Positions 1 through 12,736 of a DNA stretch of 64,000 nucleotides are shown here, in pieces. Each line of letters opens with the position of its first letter. Position 1 is the first letter of the stretch. Below the pieces are notes generated by a model. The model was not told the origin of the DNA. It worked only from the letters and a program-made list of their open reading frames with translations, and ran no database searches. The stretch is from Balanoglossus misakiensis (Eukaryota > Animalia > Hemichordata), in assembly GCA_040954595.2 (NCBI GenBank), contig CM082576.2, forward strand, positions 3,322,760-3,386,759, read 5' to 3'. Both the position numbers and the translations under genes were made by a program.

Positions 1-23
1 TAGACAAATCTAGTCGTGCTCTA

Positions 24-100
24 TATTATATTGTATGAAATATACTGTGTCGTATTGTAATGTATTGTGTGGTATTGTATTGTATATTATTGTATTGTAC
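24..100. repeat. Degenerate (TATTG)n pentanucleotide repeat
   Basis: Imperfect tattg/tgtat units. Confidence 0.6.
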
Positions 101-3100
101 AGTATCCAGAACCATGACTCGGCTTTAGCTTAACTTACATGGTATCCTCGAATATTACGCACACTATTTGTTCCCTGAGACATTCCCTTTAATATTTTGG
201 TCTTGACACTAATATCTTTTCGATATCCACTGCTAAACACTTTTGGTGGATTTTTTTTCTTCTTCTGGAGCTGAACTACTCGAGTATGAAGAAGGAAAGT
301 CCCAAAACCGCAGCAGGCTAAAATTATCGACTTGGAAAGTGTCGTCCGGAGCAGAGGCGCGATGATTTGTATTGTCTGGTCTCCGTTGACTTCCAGTTTA
401 GAATACACTTTTATGAAAGGCGGAATTTTTGCTGGCGGTGTTCACTAACGGTGGGAGTTCTACTGGGCATTCTTTTCTGTGGGAAAATACCTGATCACTA
501 TCACCCTGTGTTCCGGTCTGACGCTTCACAAAGTCCCCCTTTCAAGACGAAAAACAATAGAAACTGATGACCCCTGAATGACCCACAAGGTCACACGACA
601 ACAGAGGGTATTGTTTTGAATATACAGACTGGGCAAAATATTTGAATACAAAACGCGTTGCCCAGGAAACCACTGCTAACCCTATTTGATACGTGTTATA
701 ACGAAAAACAGTCCATAAAATAACACAAAAAGTTGAAACGTTTTCCCAATCTGTGTTTTTTTTGTCATAACAATGATGCGAAATAGTTATGTGTCCCTCA
801 CGTCTCTTTTAACCATGCCCTCCAAGCGCTATTTTACCTTTTTAAGCCCTGGATTTTGGTGGCACATTCCATGGACCCGTGTAAGTTGTCTATTTGTGGG
901 TATCGCTTTGCCCTTTACCAGGTACGTCACCACGATTTATTGCTTCGGAGTCTGCCGCATTGTTTATGCTGTCCGCATTGTGCCTGCTTTTGTTTTATAT
1001 GAGACGGATCGGTTCGATCGCTGCGTCGGACCTTGCGGCGTTTCTGCTTCAGTCGTTCGCCCACTCACTGATAGTCCCTCGCCTCGGGATCGGGAGAAAA
1101 CTGAGACGTCTTCTGGCCAATAGGATTCCATGTTTCAAGTGCTTACTACATCGTTTACATGATTTCAGTGTCAGGCACGTGGCAGTTGACTGACCCTCTT
1201 TGGAAAGTGATGATGTTGTAGAAAATGAAGTCAATCTTGTGAGGTTTTTTCCCGATTTATTGGGATATCTCGGTTTGTGATATTTGTAGTGTTTTAACCA
1301 CTGGCGTCCACTTTTTGAAAGTTATAGATCGTGATTGTAGCCTTTCGTTCGGCCCAGAGATAGAGAGACAGAGTCAGAGATATTTTGTGTCGAGTGATTG
1401 TTGTTAACTTTGACAAGGTAGTGAGTAAAACATGATGGAAGGATTACGTCATCGCTTCGTCACGGCTCGAGCCTGTGCCAGAAACACCATTACGAGAATC
1501 TTGTCGAAAATTGATTGAAGTATGGAAATATTCCATTAATTAATCTATCATCCTTTTACCAGAATGGATCCGTCAATATGGACAAATAACACGACAGTGG
1601 TCCCCGTTCGGGGCGTTTCATGTCAGAACTTGTAGTGGCCGAGTTTTGCATCCTGAAAGTACACCACCTCCACCGTTAGACAATGATACGGGCAATAAAA
1701 ACGGACTGTGCTTTTGTTAACGATGCAGGGGGCTCTGCGGGTAATAACTTATAAAAAATCGCTCGACTGGGCCTACTGTAAAGAGTAGGGGCTTGGTTAC
1801 CACCATATTTTCATCTGCGATATTAGTATAGACCCACCTCTTCGATTTTCCGACGTGTTGGTATTTTCCTTGTAGGAAGTTTTGTATATTGTGCAATTCT
1901 TTGTTGCATGCACCAAAAGGGGACCCTAGAAGGGGCCTCTGTCAAATCTCGACTGAGTAGGGGCTATTGTTGGCTGGGGTAGTCAGTCTCTGTCAAACAG
2001 CGTGACACAGAAGATGGTCACTTTTGGACATAACGAAGCATTGAGATAGCTTCCGTTCTCTCGCAATAGTTGTTAGGATTTATAGAAATAAAATACCCAG
2101 TACTCTGCTTTTCAACATGGTCCGTATTTGTAATGATCATGATTGTTTGCAACAAATGAATACAAATATTACATAAATTCAAATTCATTTTTCAACAATA
2201 ACAGTGCGGGCTGTACACACATGGACAGTGTTGATGTGCGGGACAATTGATGCTGATGTGATAGGGAGTCGAACAAGGAATTGATGTAGCGAGGCCCACC
2301 TAGTAATTAGTCGTTTTTTGGTGACACAGTTTAATTAAATTAGCCTTTGGCTAAATACACTCACATATAGTATATTTCGCAGGTCCGAATACACGTCAAA
2401 ATATGACATAAAGTATGTATACCTTGGCAAAATATAGATCGATCGGTTCAGCCCAGATTTAGAAAACCATTCTGTATTTGAAGTAGACACAAATTTCACA
2501 TGATCCTGACACAAAAACACAATATGATTTGACAAACAAATGCGAACGTACGAATCCAGTTGAAAAATCACGGAGGGTTACGTAATCTTAAATCACGCAA
2601 TTTGCACGAAGTGTGCGCTATACCTTATTACGCAACGACGGAGACAATGGCTGTTGTGACCGTGGTTCTGGAAATAAAAGATGGGGACTCCTCTAACAAA
2701 AAACAATCAAAGGAGCTTGGGTGTGACTATAAGCGGCTTTATTATAGAGGCAATAAGCTTAGATGTAACATCGGGTCTTTTAAATGGAGTGTTTTTTGCG
2801 TGTGTGTTGCGATCATTTGTTGCCATACCTCCCCGAATACGGCAAACTGACATGCCTGATGTTGTTTTTCTCCATGTCAGGCAGCCTGTCTGTACATGAA
2901 GTGTTCGGAGTTCCGTTTTGTTGCCAACAATTTATCAACGTCGTGTCCGTTACATACATGTACTATACATAGCTAGGTGATAGGTATGTAAACTAGCTAA
3001 CAGAAACAGAAAGTGAAATACACAGTACTAAACTAGTAGTACATGTAGTTGACAATTGAAGAAAGGGTGACTTTTTGGGGTGATAGCAGTATACTCCTGA

Positions 3101-3607
3101 CCAGCTGAAATACTCATAATCAAATTACCAGTTAATTAGCTTTCTTTTGAAAGCGACGTTGACAATACATTTGACTTTAAGTATTCATATTCACAATGTC
3201 AATATATTCAAAAACTGGAGCAATGACTACTAGAATTTGACAATACCACAGGTCAAAGTTCATCCTTTACTTGTTTTCCGGTTCCTTATTAAAGGGCGTG
3301 ACATGCAATCATTTCAAATTTACATATGCCCATAGGCAAAAGTGGTTAAAATACGTGTCTAAGTCTTCTGGTGATCATGTGGTGACGGATTTTTTTTTCG
3401 GGAGGCCACCTGGGTAAATTTTTGGGATAGGGTTGATTTTTGCATTCTATGGCAACCGTGTCAAAAATTTGCATAGAAGCGAGGCGAATAGCAGACGTGT
3501 ATGATGTCGGCAATTGAAACACTGGATTATGGCGTGGGTGGCTTCGTATAATCTAGTGAATGGATGTTTTTTTTAGTCAGCAAAAACAGGAAACGAGTGT
3601 GATGGTG

Positions 3608-3692
3608 CCGGAAACCCTCATGTATATCAGAACTTGTGACGTGTGTGTCGTCACGTGATCCCGCCTTGCCGTTTTCGAACTTCCGGGTTCCG
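3608..3692. promoter_or_regulatory. Putative housekeeping-type promoter with no gene assigned
   Basis: Dense motif cluster: CCGGAA 3608-3613, TGACGT 3637-3642, TCACGTGA 3651-3658, CCCGCC 3660-3665, ACTTCCGG 3679-3686. Confidence 0.35.
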
Positions 3693-4346
3693 TCTATACT
3701 CCCAAGATAAATGATTCTTGATAAACCACAGGATTGTTTTGTACGTGTTCTTTCTGTTGTAATTTGCTTGGCATCAGGAAAAAAGCCAGAGTTAAAAATA
3801 ATAAGATAACCCTCAAATTTCCCTTTGGGGAACGGGACCCGCTGGCACCAAAACACAGTAAAACAGATTTCATATAGCCTGTTTTGCTCTTTTCCTGGCG
3901 CAAATCTTGTTAAGGTCGATCTACTTAATAAACAAATGGGGAAAAATCAATACACTGAATGCCAGTTATTGAAATCGCAAACACAGATCCACACGCAGTG
4001 TTTATAAATTGGTAAATTTAATATAGCTATATTATAGTGAATCGTTATGTAATATACATTTCAATCTTTTGACTTTTTCATAGGCGATGGTATGTCGTTC
4101 CCCGTTGGGAATAATGTTTCAATTACTGAGTTGGTCGCTCGATCGATAATACAACATCGGAATGAAAGGGTCATAGACTAGGTCAAGTTCAAGTTCGCCC
4201 ACGTGTACTCTTGGCAGTCATCTCCTCGAAAAATAGCGCCAGTAATACATAATACTATAGTGCAGCATTCATGTGTATGGAATACTCGCCAAATGAAATG
4301 AAATTTCGTGTAAATAGTATTCTGATAGCGCAAATGCCATCTTATT

Positions 4347-4853
4347 TCAGTAAGTGATAACTTTTTTAGCTGCTATTGTCTGGTTCCTGTCTTCGGGTCT
4401 ACTGTCGTGAGACGGGATTTTGTGGTAGTGATAGCAGTAACGACAGCCGTTGACAATTGTCCTCGCGTCTTGGCAGCCAAAACAGTTTAATTGCAGATTG
4501 TCCAGCACCAGCATCTCTAACTCGAACAAGTGGTCGTCCCTCACGTCGGGAAACGTCACTCGCATGTAGTCGGCCAGCTTGAATACATATTCGCAGTTCG
4601 GGCCGCTGGCTCCTCCGGCGGAGGCGATCTCGCGGGCTATCGTCGACATTTCGGCGGGACCCAAGTAGTGCGCGTTGTCGGGCGCAGCGATGAAAAGAAG
4701 AACCTGCACGGGCGGCGATTGGTCCTTCGGGTGAAAATCGACAAGACGTGCCTCGTAGCCACCGAGAACGCCTTCCCGGATGTTGAGTTTTTGCAGCGCA
4801 TCAATGATTTGTTCTTCTCCACGCACTTCAAAAGCTGTTCCCCAACACTCTTC
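4347..4853 (-). CDS. CHAC1: CHAC1-like coding exon 3 (terminal)
   Basis: tcaacAG acceptor. EECWGTAFEVRGEEQIIDALQKLNIREGVLGGY...GASGPNCEYVFKLADYMR...DDHLFELE then TGA. RE.vLGGY is CHAC1-like. Joined CDS is 729 nt (242 aa). Confidence 0.95.
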   Translation of the reverse strand, partial: EECWGTAFEVRGEEQIIDALQKLNIREGVLGGYEARLVDFHPKDQSPPVQVLLFIAAPDNAHYLGPAEMSTIAREIASAGGASGPNCEYVFKLADYMRVTFPDVRDDHLFELEMLVLDNLQLNCFGCQDARTIVNGCRYCYHYHKIPSHDSRPEDRNQTIAAKKVITY

Positions 4854-5395
4854 CTGTTGATGGGAAAAAACACGTACACCTCAGTAAATATTTGCGGTGG
4901 CCTTGATAAAAGTTCTCCTTGGATGCTCAAAGCCCAGCGCGTAGTAAATTTAAAAGTGCCGCAAGGAGCACTGGTCACTGCCTTCCGGCACTTCCGTTAT
5001 CTACTTTAGTATTTTTTGACCAGAGCTATACAAATTTTGAGATGTGTTTTCTCCGAAAGGACAAAAACAGCAGAAAGTCACATTTACGGCGACTTGTGAC
5101 GTCACCAGAAACAAGGAAAGACACTGATCATCCCACGCATCTCTTCCCCTTATAACTGTATATATGGTAAATAGGGATAATCATAACAAACCAAGCGCGA
5201 CCTTCTAAACCGATATTTTTCTCTGTGGAAGTTCAGGCCTTTCCAGTGGATAAATTTTGTATAAAACAACCCTGAATGTATTTTATTCTGTACCAAAGGG
5301 CAACGCCTGGAGTACTACGCCTTGCCCGGCCCGGCCGTACAAAGATGATGCAACATAACGATGTCATCATCCAATAAATTGAGGTATGAACGTAC

Positions 5396-5431
5396 CTTGT
5401 CTGACTTCACCAAAGTGGCAACTCTTCCGGG
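5396..5431 (-). CDS. CHAC1: CHAC1-like coding exon 2 (36 nt, PGRVATLVKSDK)
   Basis: ttccaacAG acceptor and GTACGT donor. Encodes the conserved ChaC PGRV.TL motif, phase 0/0. Too short for the ORF track. Confidence 0.92.
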
Positions 5432-5547
5432 CTGTTGGAAAATGTTTAAAAATAACGTTAGTTCAAGAATCGACATACCTGAAAGTGTTAAGTGTTATCA
5501 TATTTTTCATGAAACGTTTTCGTAAAATAGTAATCGGTGCAACTTAC

Positions 5548-5733
5548 CGCGCCCGGCACACCTCTGTGCGTCACATTTCCTTGCCAGAAGCGTCGAGCGT
5601 AGCCAGCGATGTGTCCGTATCTACGCGAGGAAAACGCAAAATCTGGCTTCCATGTCAACGATCCATAGCCAAAGATCCACAAATTGGCGTCTGGAGACAA
5701 AACTAGTGGAGTATGATTCGTGTCTGGCGACAT
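5548..5733 (-). CDS. CHAC1: ChaC-family glutathione-specific gamma-glutamylcyclotransferase (CHAC1/Botch-like), coding exon 1
   Basis: ATG at 5733. Encodes LWIFGYGSLTWKPDF...RRFWQGNVTHRGVPGA, containing the ChaC hallmarks FGYGSL and RRFWQG..HRG. 186 nt, ends phase 0 at a GTAAGT donor. Confidence 0.95.
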
Positions 5734-5827
5734 TTTCGAGGATACAGGCGAACAGGCAGTAGTATAATCGTAGTAACAAGTGTGCGGATGTCGCGCCGTT
5801 TCGCCGCTCGTGTTTTTGTTGACATCG

Positions 5828-6015
5828 TGACGTCACGAGCCGAGCACCAATGAGACGGGCGGTGGTAGCATTCTTCTCGGCGCTGATTGGCCATCGATTG
5901 TTTCACCTTGTAATGCCACGATAAACGTCACACGCATTCATAGTCTGTTCTCCTTTGGCTGATGCAACCCCTTCACTCATGCATGGTGACCCCTCGTGTT
6001 TGAGAATGATGCAAT
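5828..6015 (-). promoter_or_regulatory. CHAC1 proximal promoter: full CRE, CCAAT boxes, GC box and two C/EBP-ATF (CARE/AARE)-type sites
   Basis: TGACGTCA 5828-5835, CCAAT 5847-5851, GGGCGG 5857-5862, ATTGG 5886-5890, TGATGCAAC 5960-5968 and TGATGCAAT 6007-6015. All lie within 300 bp upstream of the ATG. Confidence 0.65.
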
Positions 6016-8090
6016 TACATTGAATTCAGAATGGGAGAACGTCAGCAGAATCGGAAGTGTCAAATGGGTCCGATTCTTTCCGAGATCTGCCGATGAAAAA
6101 CATCCGCTCGGTTTTATCTGTACACAGTGTGGGTCCGTACAAACAAAATTTATTATCTCACGGTCCATATTTTCCACATTTGCGTCTGACACCACAAAAG
6201 ATGTCAAGGTAACATGAAATAGACATGCATACTATTACAGATTCATACTCAGGCAAATCCAATACACGCTGTCGTCCCGCGGGGAATTAAATATGAATGA
6301 GACGGGGAGATAAGGAATTTCCCGCCAAAGCCGACGTGACTAGATTTCTAAAAAATAGGAAATCGTCAAAGCTTTTTCCCCGAGATTCCCAGGAGACATT
6401 GTGTGTAAAACATTACTCCACTGCAAATAGCATAAAACATGACGATGCCCTGGATCTGGATATAGCTAGCCTCGCTGTTTATAGCCTAACAGTAGAATAC
6501 ACGTCTGTATTTACGGTGATTTTAACTATTAACAAAATGAAATGGGTTCTGAAAGACTTTGCGCTGCCGCTTGCTCTCTCGTTCCTTCCACGGGAAATAT
6601 TTCAGTTAATTATAAAACATCCTAATTAAATGCCTATCAGGCATCAATTCCTCATACGCTGAGGCTTGCGAACGCTCTGCCCGCTCATGGTTCGACTTCT
6701 CGCTGTCGTTATAGCTATACGGCTAACTGAGCAAGAACAATAGTTTTCTGTTGAGAAACCCGCACCTCGGAGGGTGCATTTCCATGTCAGATAGTCTGGA
6801 GAGCTTGGGAATTTTTCCCCTAATGAAGAGCGTATCTAGGACCTTGTGCCCGTGAGGAAATTACATTTCCGGATCTGAGACCGTGGTATAATTAGTTCCC
6901 AGCGCCGAGCAAAAAGTGCAACTTGAGATGCGTCAATTTGTGAGAAATTCAAAACAATAACAATGAGTTTTACTGGCGCAAAATAGATTAAAGCTTACCA
7001 GTCGGTTGACTTTGGCCTACTTGCGTGAACATAGAACGGAATTAGGGATGCAAAAACGATATGATATGTCGGGTATTCAAATAGTTTTCTCTATATCAAT
7101 TAAATACACAAAATATTGCACATTGTGTACCCGGTGAACTGTTTTTATCATGTGACTACATGACCTTACGTTATTAAACCACAGTCACTGCCGACAGCAC
7201 GCGATAAAAAATTAGTTATTTTGCTAACAGAAGCAGGAGTCCCACAAATTATTAAATTTGCATTTTTAACAGCATTTGACACTATAGGCCTACATTTCTC
7301 GTTTTCACGCTTATTCAGTCAAAATTACAGTTGCTCCGACGTCAATACTATGACAAAAATACAAGTAGACTAAAGACCAACTCAACAGCTATTTCGTGAT
7401 TATACTCAAAATGTACTTCTCTCTGGAAAATGGAATTGGCCCGGTCTCGCCAAACATCTGCTATGACATCATTTTAATTAGTATATATTAGCATACAATG
7501 AAAACATCTTGAAATTACGCAAAACCCTTTGCTTTGTTTGATTAATATTGCATAATAAAACTTTATAATGGATTTAATCTATTGATTCCATGGGCACTGT
7601 TCAGCATTAAAGATACGTCAATACCTCTATGTATACAAATACGCATCCAATCAAATCTATGATTAATTTCACAAATATAAACACTTGACTTGAACGTAAA
7701 ATCACGTGACAATCTCCATATTAATTGAGGAACCATTGAGGAAGACATAAAGGGACAGCGATAGCACAAACTTCACTCGTTTCCCTTTCGCTGAACTGTT
7801 ATGTGTATGGTAACCTCGGTGTTTTACATACATGCCCTTTTGCCGAACAATGTGAATCTTTGCAATTACGCATCGAAACACTCTTGACGAAAAGGAGGGC
7901 ATTGTGTGTTTTCACCGACCCACGCTCCCTGCATTTGTGTCTTCATTGTGATCTGTCAACACTCTCGTAATTTGTTAACTGTGCTTTACATCATGAGAGT
8001 CCTCGGGGTCAGAATGCCACCAGAACGGAACCAACTCAGTCACTTCAAAGCACATTCTAGTGTCTAAGTGTCTATTCCTCGGAAAATCTC

Positions 8091-8113
8091 TGTTGTTGTT
8101 GTGGTGGTGGTGG

Positions 8114-8205
<92 letters not shown>
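8091..8205. repeat. Compound trinucleotide microsatellite (TGT)n(GGT)n(GAT)~30
   Basis: Read directly from the sequence. Confidence 0.97.
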
Positions 8206-11200
8206 CGCGCTGTCTCGCAAAGTGGGTGACAGGTACGAAGACTGCTATCGGCTTATCTCGGCTGATCATCGGCCACTGAGATAACACTCAAGAAAAAGGG
8301 TTTATTGAACTGAAATGCAGAGTCAATTTGTCATGGAAACCACAGTAATTGCTTTCCTTCTTTATGTAAAGTGCCTAGTATCATCAGCCGCGGATCGCGA
8401 CCGACTCGTTCCCCCGGAAATATTAGTATTTCTCGCGGCAGAGTAGAAAACTCGCATTTCTCACGTTAATGCTTGATTTACAGGCTTCCTTAATTGTTTC
8501 AGCTCCCGTGTTCACAAAAATATAGCGCAATGATATATGTCTGTCTGTCGGTCATCAGCACTACACATCAGCATTTTCATGTAAATCAACTACGTATTGA
8601 CCTTTGATCGACACACACAGGAAGATATTGGGGTAAATTAATATTTCGAGGAGATGGAGGTTTCTATCGGACTTACTAGTATTCAAATTATTAGAACAGG
8701 TTAGTTCAATGTGGTGCACATGTAATGAAATGTTTGCATAGTTAATGGTTTGTAATATATGCCAGGCCTTTGTATAAAAGTATTCCGGAAAGATTTAAAT
8801 ATTGTTATTTTAGCAGCATACGCAGAGAATACAATGTACGCTAGTACTCACCCAGCCGAACACGGGAGCGCGTTCAGTTCATTTCTCAGATACTGCCGGC
8901 ACGGAAGAAATAAAGCAAGTTTGCTTTTATTCGGTTTTATATCGGTTTCGAAACATTGTCCACCGATATTCAGAATAAATTAATAAAATAAGTCCTCCTA
9001 ATGACATCTACTCAGCAAGTTCCACTTCAATATAAGCGATTTCACAAATGCAATCAATGATTGCGTCGGTAAACTTAAGCTTGGCATGTGCAAGCGAAAT
9101 AAACGCATGGGAATATAATCGATCGTGATTACAGTAAAACGTATATGCTTAACTCATTTGTATTCTGCAAATGTATAATATAACTGGGCGACTGAGGCAA
9201 AATTGCCACACCGAAAAGCCAGCCCCAGTTGACGACTTCGATGGCCCTCAGTTCCCATGGAAACGCGGCCATTCAATTTGCGTATGAAAACATTATGACC
9301 GAATTAATCTTTCTGTGTCAATGGTAGTACTGTTCAAATTTTCAATGTCTGGTCTGCCGACACTTGCTTGAATACATACAGACACATACGTCCGCGTTCC
9401 CAATATCCGTACTTAAAACGAGCAAATTATGGTTGGCAAAGTCTAAAGTTTACTCCTGGTTATATGAGTACGCCTGGGAAAAAAACCCGGCATCACATTT
9501 ATAAACGGATAATTTAGTTCACCATGCGCAATTTAAGAATCGTCACAACTGTTTGATTTTTATCACGAATATCTGTGTTGATAAAGGTTAATATTCGATT
9601 GTATTCTCGATGACAGTTGACACCCGCCCACGCGGAGTAATTTTTTGTAAATAGGAAGTTTCGAGACTAATATTGACACAGTCTCAGTCGCATTTTTGCC
9701 GAAATCACGTCGGTGCGCGACTTCGCCGAAATTCTGTCGGCTGGCCATCGGGTCCATTTTTATTCGAAAATTACGTATTTCGTTAGACTGGTTTCGTGGG
9801 AAATGGAAGTGATATATTTTTCACTTGGTTGCTGATCAGTCGACTCGCCTGGTTATGTTACTGGCATTAATGATCGATCGTCATATCTGCTATCTGGATA
9901 TTGCTTGTATAAAAGACGAATAAAGTTTACCATGGCATCATTGCGTGCAAATGAAAAAAAAATAGTCGGTGAATCATCGTCTATATGCAAGGGTGGCAAA
10001 GGCCATCACCAACCTTTGACAAATCAAATCACCAGCATATCTACAACCAAGGCGTGAACTTCACAAATAAAACCGAAACTTAACGCACAAAAGGACTGTC
10101 CGTTTATAGGAAACATGCGTTTCCAAACGTAGAACTTTTTATTAACTCGGTCGTGTTTTCCCCCGGTTTCTGAATGAAACGGGTTGTGCCAAAACATCTT
10201 AACGACACAGCGAAGCGTGGGATTTTTATTTGCAGCAACTGACAACCGAACTATTTAATCTCTTGTTTGAAATTATGATCACGATTATGTGTTATGCTCT
10301 TTGTGGGCGAGCAGATACGAATATGAAACTTTCAAGTTGATGTCTTGTGTTGCTACACAACACGTGCAATACTTGTTTATCTGGTCGTGAAGTCAGACGA
10401 TAGCAACCATCAAAACCGCGTCAAAATAATCACTGATGACGCTTCGATTTGCAAATTTCCTTGTATACGTATTGACACTCATTCAGTGAGATTTACCCTG
10501 AGGAAGCTACTTTACGAGCAAGCAGACTACAGCCCTGAGAAATAATTTGTACTACAAACCAACACCTTTTAAGCGAAGGCGGAGATGTATGCCCGCCGCG
10601 ACCCCGACACAGTGTATGGAATGCCTGGCTCGGTTTTAATTTTTCCCAGGGTAGCGGAGGCCCTTCATAACATTTTTTAAGAATTATGACACGTTGGCGC
10701 CCGCGTGTGAATGTTCCGGGTCCTCACTGCATATCCAGGTCCCTTCAGCAATGGCGGCTCTCGTCTCGTCAAGTATGATAGATTGTCGGTCAGGAATGTT
10801 AATTTCGTATTTTTGTTTCCGAGAACTGATACAGCGGCTAATATAGCCAGTTTAAATCGTATAATCCTACGTATTTACCTCGTTTAAACTAAGGAATGGC
10901 GATGCGTTCAATCGAGATAAAAAATATCATGCAACCGGTTAACACGTCCACCATGCATGTCTGCAAAATACATGCGTTTAATGTTTAAACGATGACCGGG
11001 CGTACAACAAGGCGGACAGGAAGGAAGCGTGCGACCGTGTCCCAATTTAGTATTCCGGTGGTGGTTATTTAAAAACACGCTCCCTCCTTTTCAGCTGTTT
11101 GTAACGCGTCTCCATTTACCCCCAAGGACAGCGTCTGGTATGGCATGGCATGGCATGGAATGAGATCAAGCGAAGCGAGGTTTTTATCTTTCCACTGAAT

Positions 11201-11324
11201 ACGCTAAACAAACCAGCAAGAAAAACGTCAGATTGCCGTTTTAACTTGTACATACAAAAAGAGCCACGGAGAGGGGGTGGACAATGCCAACAGAACAGAC
11301 AAATGCCAGCAACTTTATATTTGA

Positions 11325-12235
11325 AAAAATAGTCAATTTTTTACGTTTATTATTAACAAGAACAATTGGCATAAATTCGTTGCCAACATATGCAGATCGT
11401 AATAACGTTATTATATAGTTCTATGTACATTCCAACAATTTTTCTTCTCTCCCTCAAAATATACACAGTATGTACAAAAAAAGTTTGTCCCCCCACAAGC
11501 AGGATTTGTGGAAGGAGTGATTTCACTAAATGCTCTCAGTTGAACAGTGGCTGTTTAAACGACTATAAAGCTCTGCTTTGATAAACCCAGCAGTCACACT
11601 AGTTCCATGCACAGGGTAACAAAGAATGTGAAAATCTGATTTCTGTACAAAAAAGCATTTTTCTCTCTGCCAAATGGCCTCCGCTGTTGCACTATATGTA
11701 AGCCTTCCAATCTATTACATTATTTTTTTTTCATATTTTTTAATTTTGTAATGTTCATTTCTGTATTAAAGCAACCAATTTCTTTAAAATGTTTAAACTC
11801 ATAAAAATATATAAAATATCTGAATCCATTTGTGTACTCTTTTGATTACTTATTGCTGTGTCATTTTTTACCAAATTTCATACAAAAATTGTAGTAATTG
11901 AATACTATATAGTTTTGGACTAATGGCAGTTTGTCTTGTATAACAGTTTGGTCCTAGAACGTTCTTCCTCTAATGCAACAAAAACACACGTCTGGGGCTT
12001 TAAAAGCCAGTGTCCGATAATTCAGTATTTTTTAAAGTAATAAAAACGTTTTTTCTTGGAATGTGGTAGAAAACGGCATAAATAGTTCTATGAGGAAAAG
12101 GCACTACACTGAACGAATGCTGGCGTTGTCAGTCAGTCCAACGGACTTCTGTTCTGTGGATGTCAGGATCCGCACTGCTTCCCATGGACGAAAGCTGCAT
12201 AGCTGCTAACAATATCTGTGACGGTGTCTTTTTTC
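11325..12235 (-). other. Putative Delta 3'UTR, with an AATAAA polyadenylation signal at 11346-11351
   Basis: AU-rich sequence after the stop codon. Plus-strand TTTATT at 11346-11351. Contains miRNA seed matches and Pumilio elements. The 3' end is approximate. Confidence 0.55.
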
Positions 12236-12241
12236 TTAGAC
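12236..12241 (-). CDS. Delta: Delta terminal exon coding part (GTC TAA = V*), completing the ATEV PDZ-binding motif
   Basis: ttttatctcgcccgcAG|GTC TAA. Joined CDS is 2661 nt (886 aa) ending in ATEV. Confidence 0.85.
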   Translation of the reverse strand, partial: V

Positions 12242-12736
12242 CTGCGGGCGAGATAAAATAAATGAGGAACAATTAGATACATAAGTGGTTTGAGGTCGAA
12301 CTTAGCAGAGGTGTAAATAATTTATGAAAATGCTGGTGCCAGAGAAATATCGGTATTTTTTTTAATGTGACCTATTTTAATGGTGTTGCCATTTATGCAT
12401 GAATAAACGTTATTTGTTCACCTAATTAGGGAAATCGTATGAATAATAGATTGTTTTTTTTAATTAATACAAGGCTATGTGTACATTTTTATAAGCTGCT
12501 TGATGATGGTTTTTCTTTGCACGATTTTTTGAGTGAGGGTGTATCAACTGTGCGCCCTCCCCAATGTGACCTAGGTTCATTCGCATGTGGTTGAGATTTA
12601 ATGTAAATCATAGATTTGGGTTGATCGAGCTTGCTACAGAGATTCGTTTCTTTAAGCCTGATGTATTCACAGCAATAAATTAATCTTACAAACAGAATAA
12701 TTTTAATTTATTCAGGATTTTAAAAAAATAACTCAC

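Noticed and set aside
130-1660. Possible coding exons on the minus strand near the window start
   Set aside because: Splice-like signals exist, but the frames I translated hit stops and no protein family is recognisable.
4530-5009. 159-aa plus-strand ORF over CHAC1 exon 3
   Set aside because: Antisense shadow of the real coding exon.
6688-6700. GGTTCGACT B-box-like motif (tRNA or SINE?)
   Set aside because: No cloverleaf or properly spaced A-box is visible.
7975-8287. Poly-His and poly-Ser ORFs
   Set aside because: Translation of the (GAT)n/(GGT)n microsatellite; no coding context.
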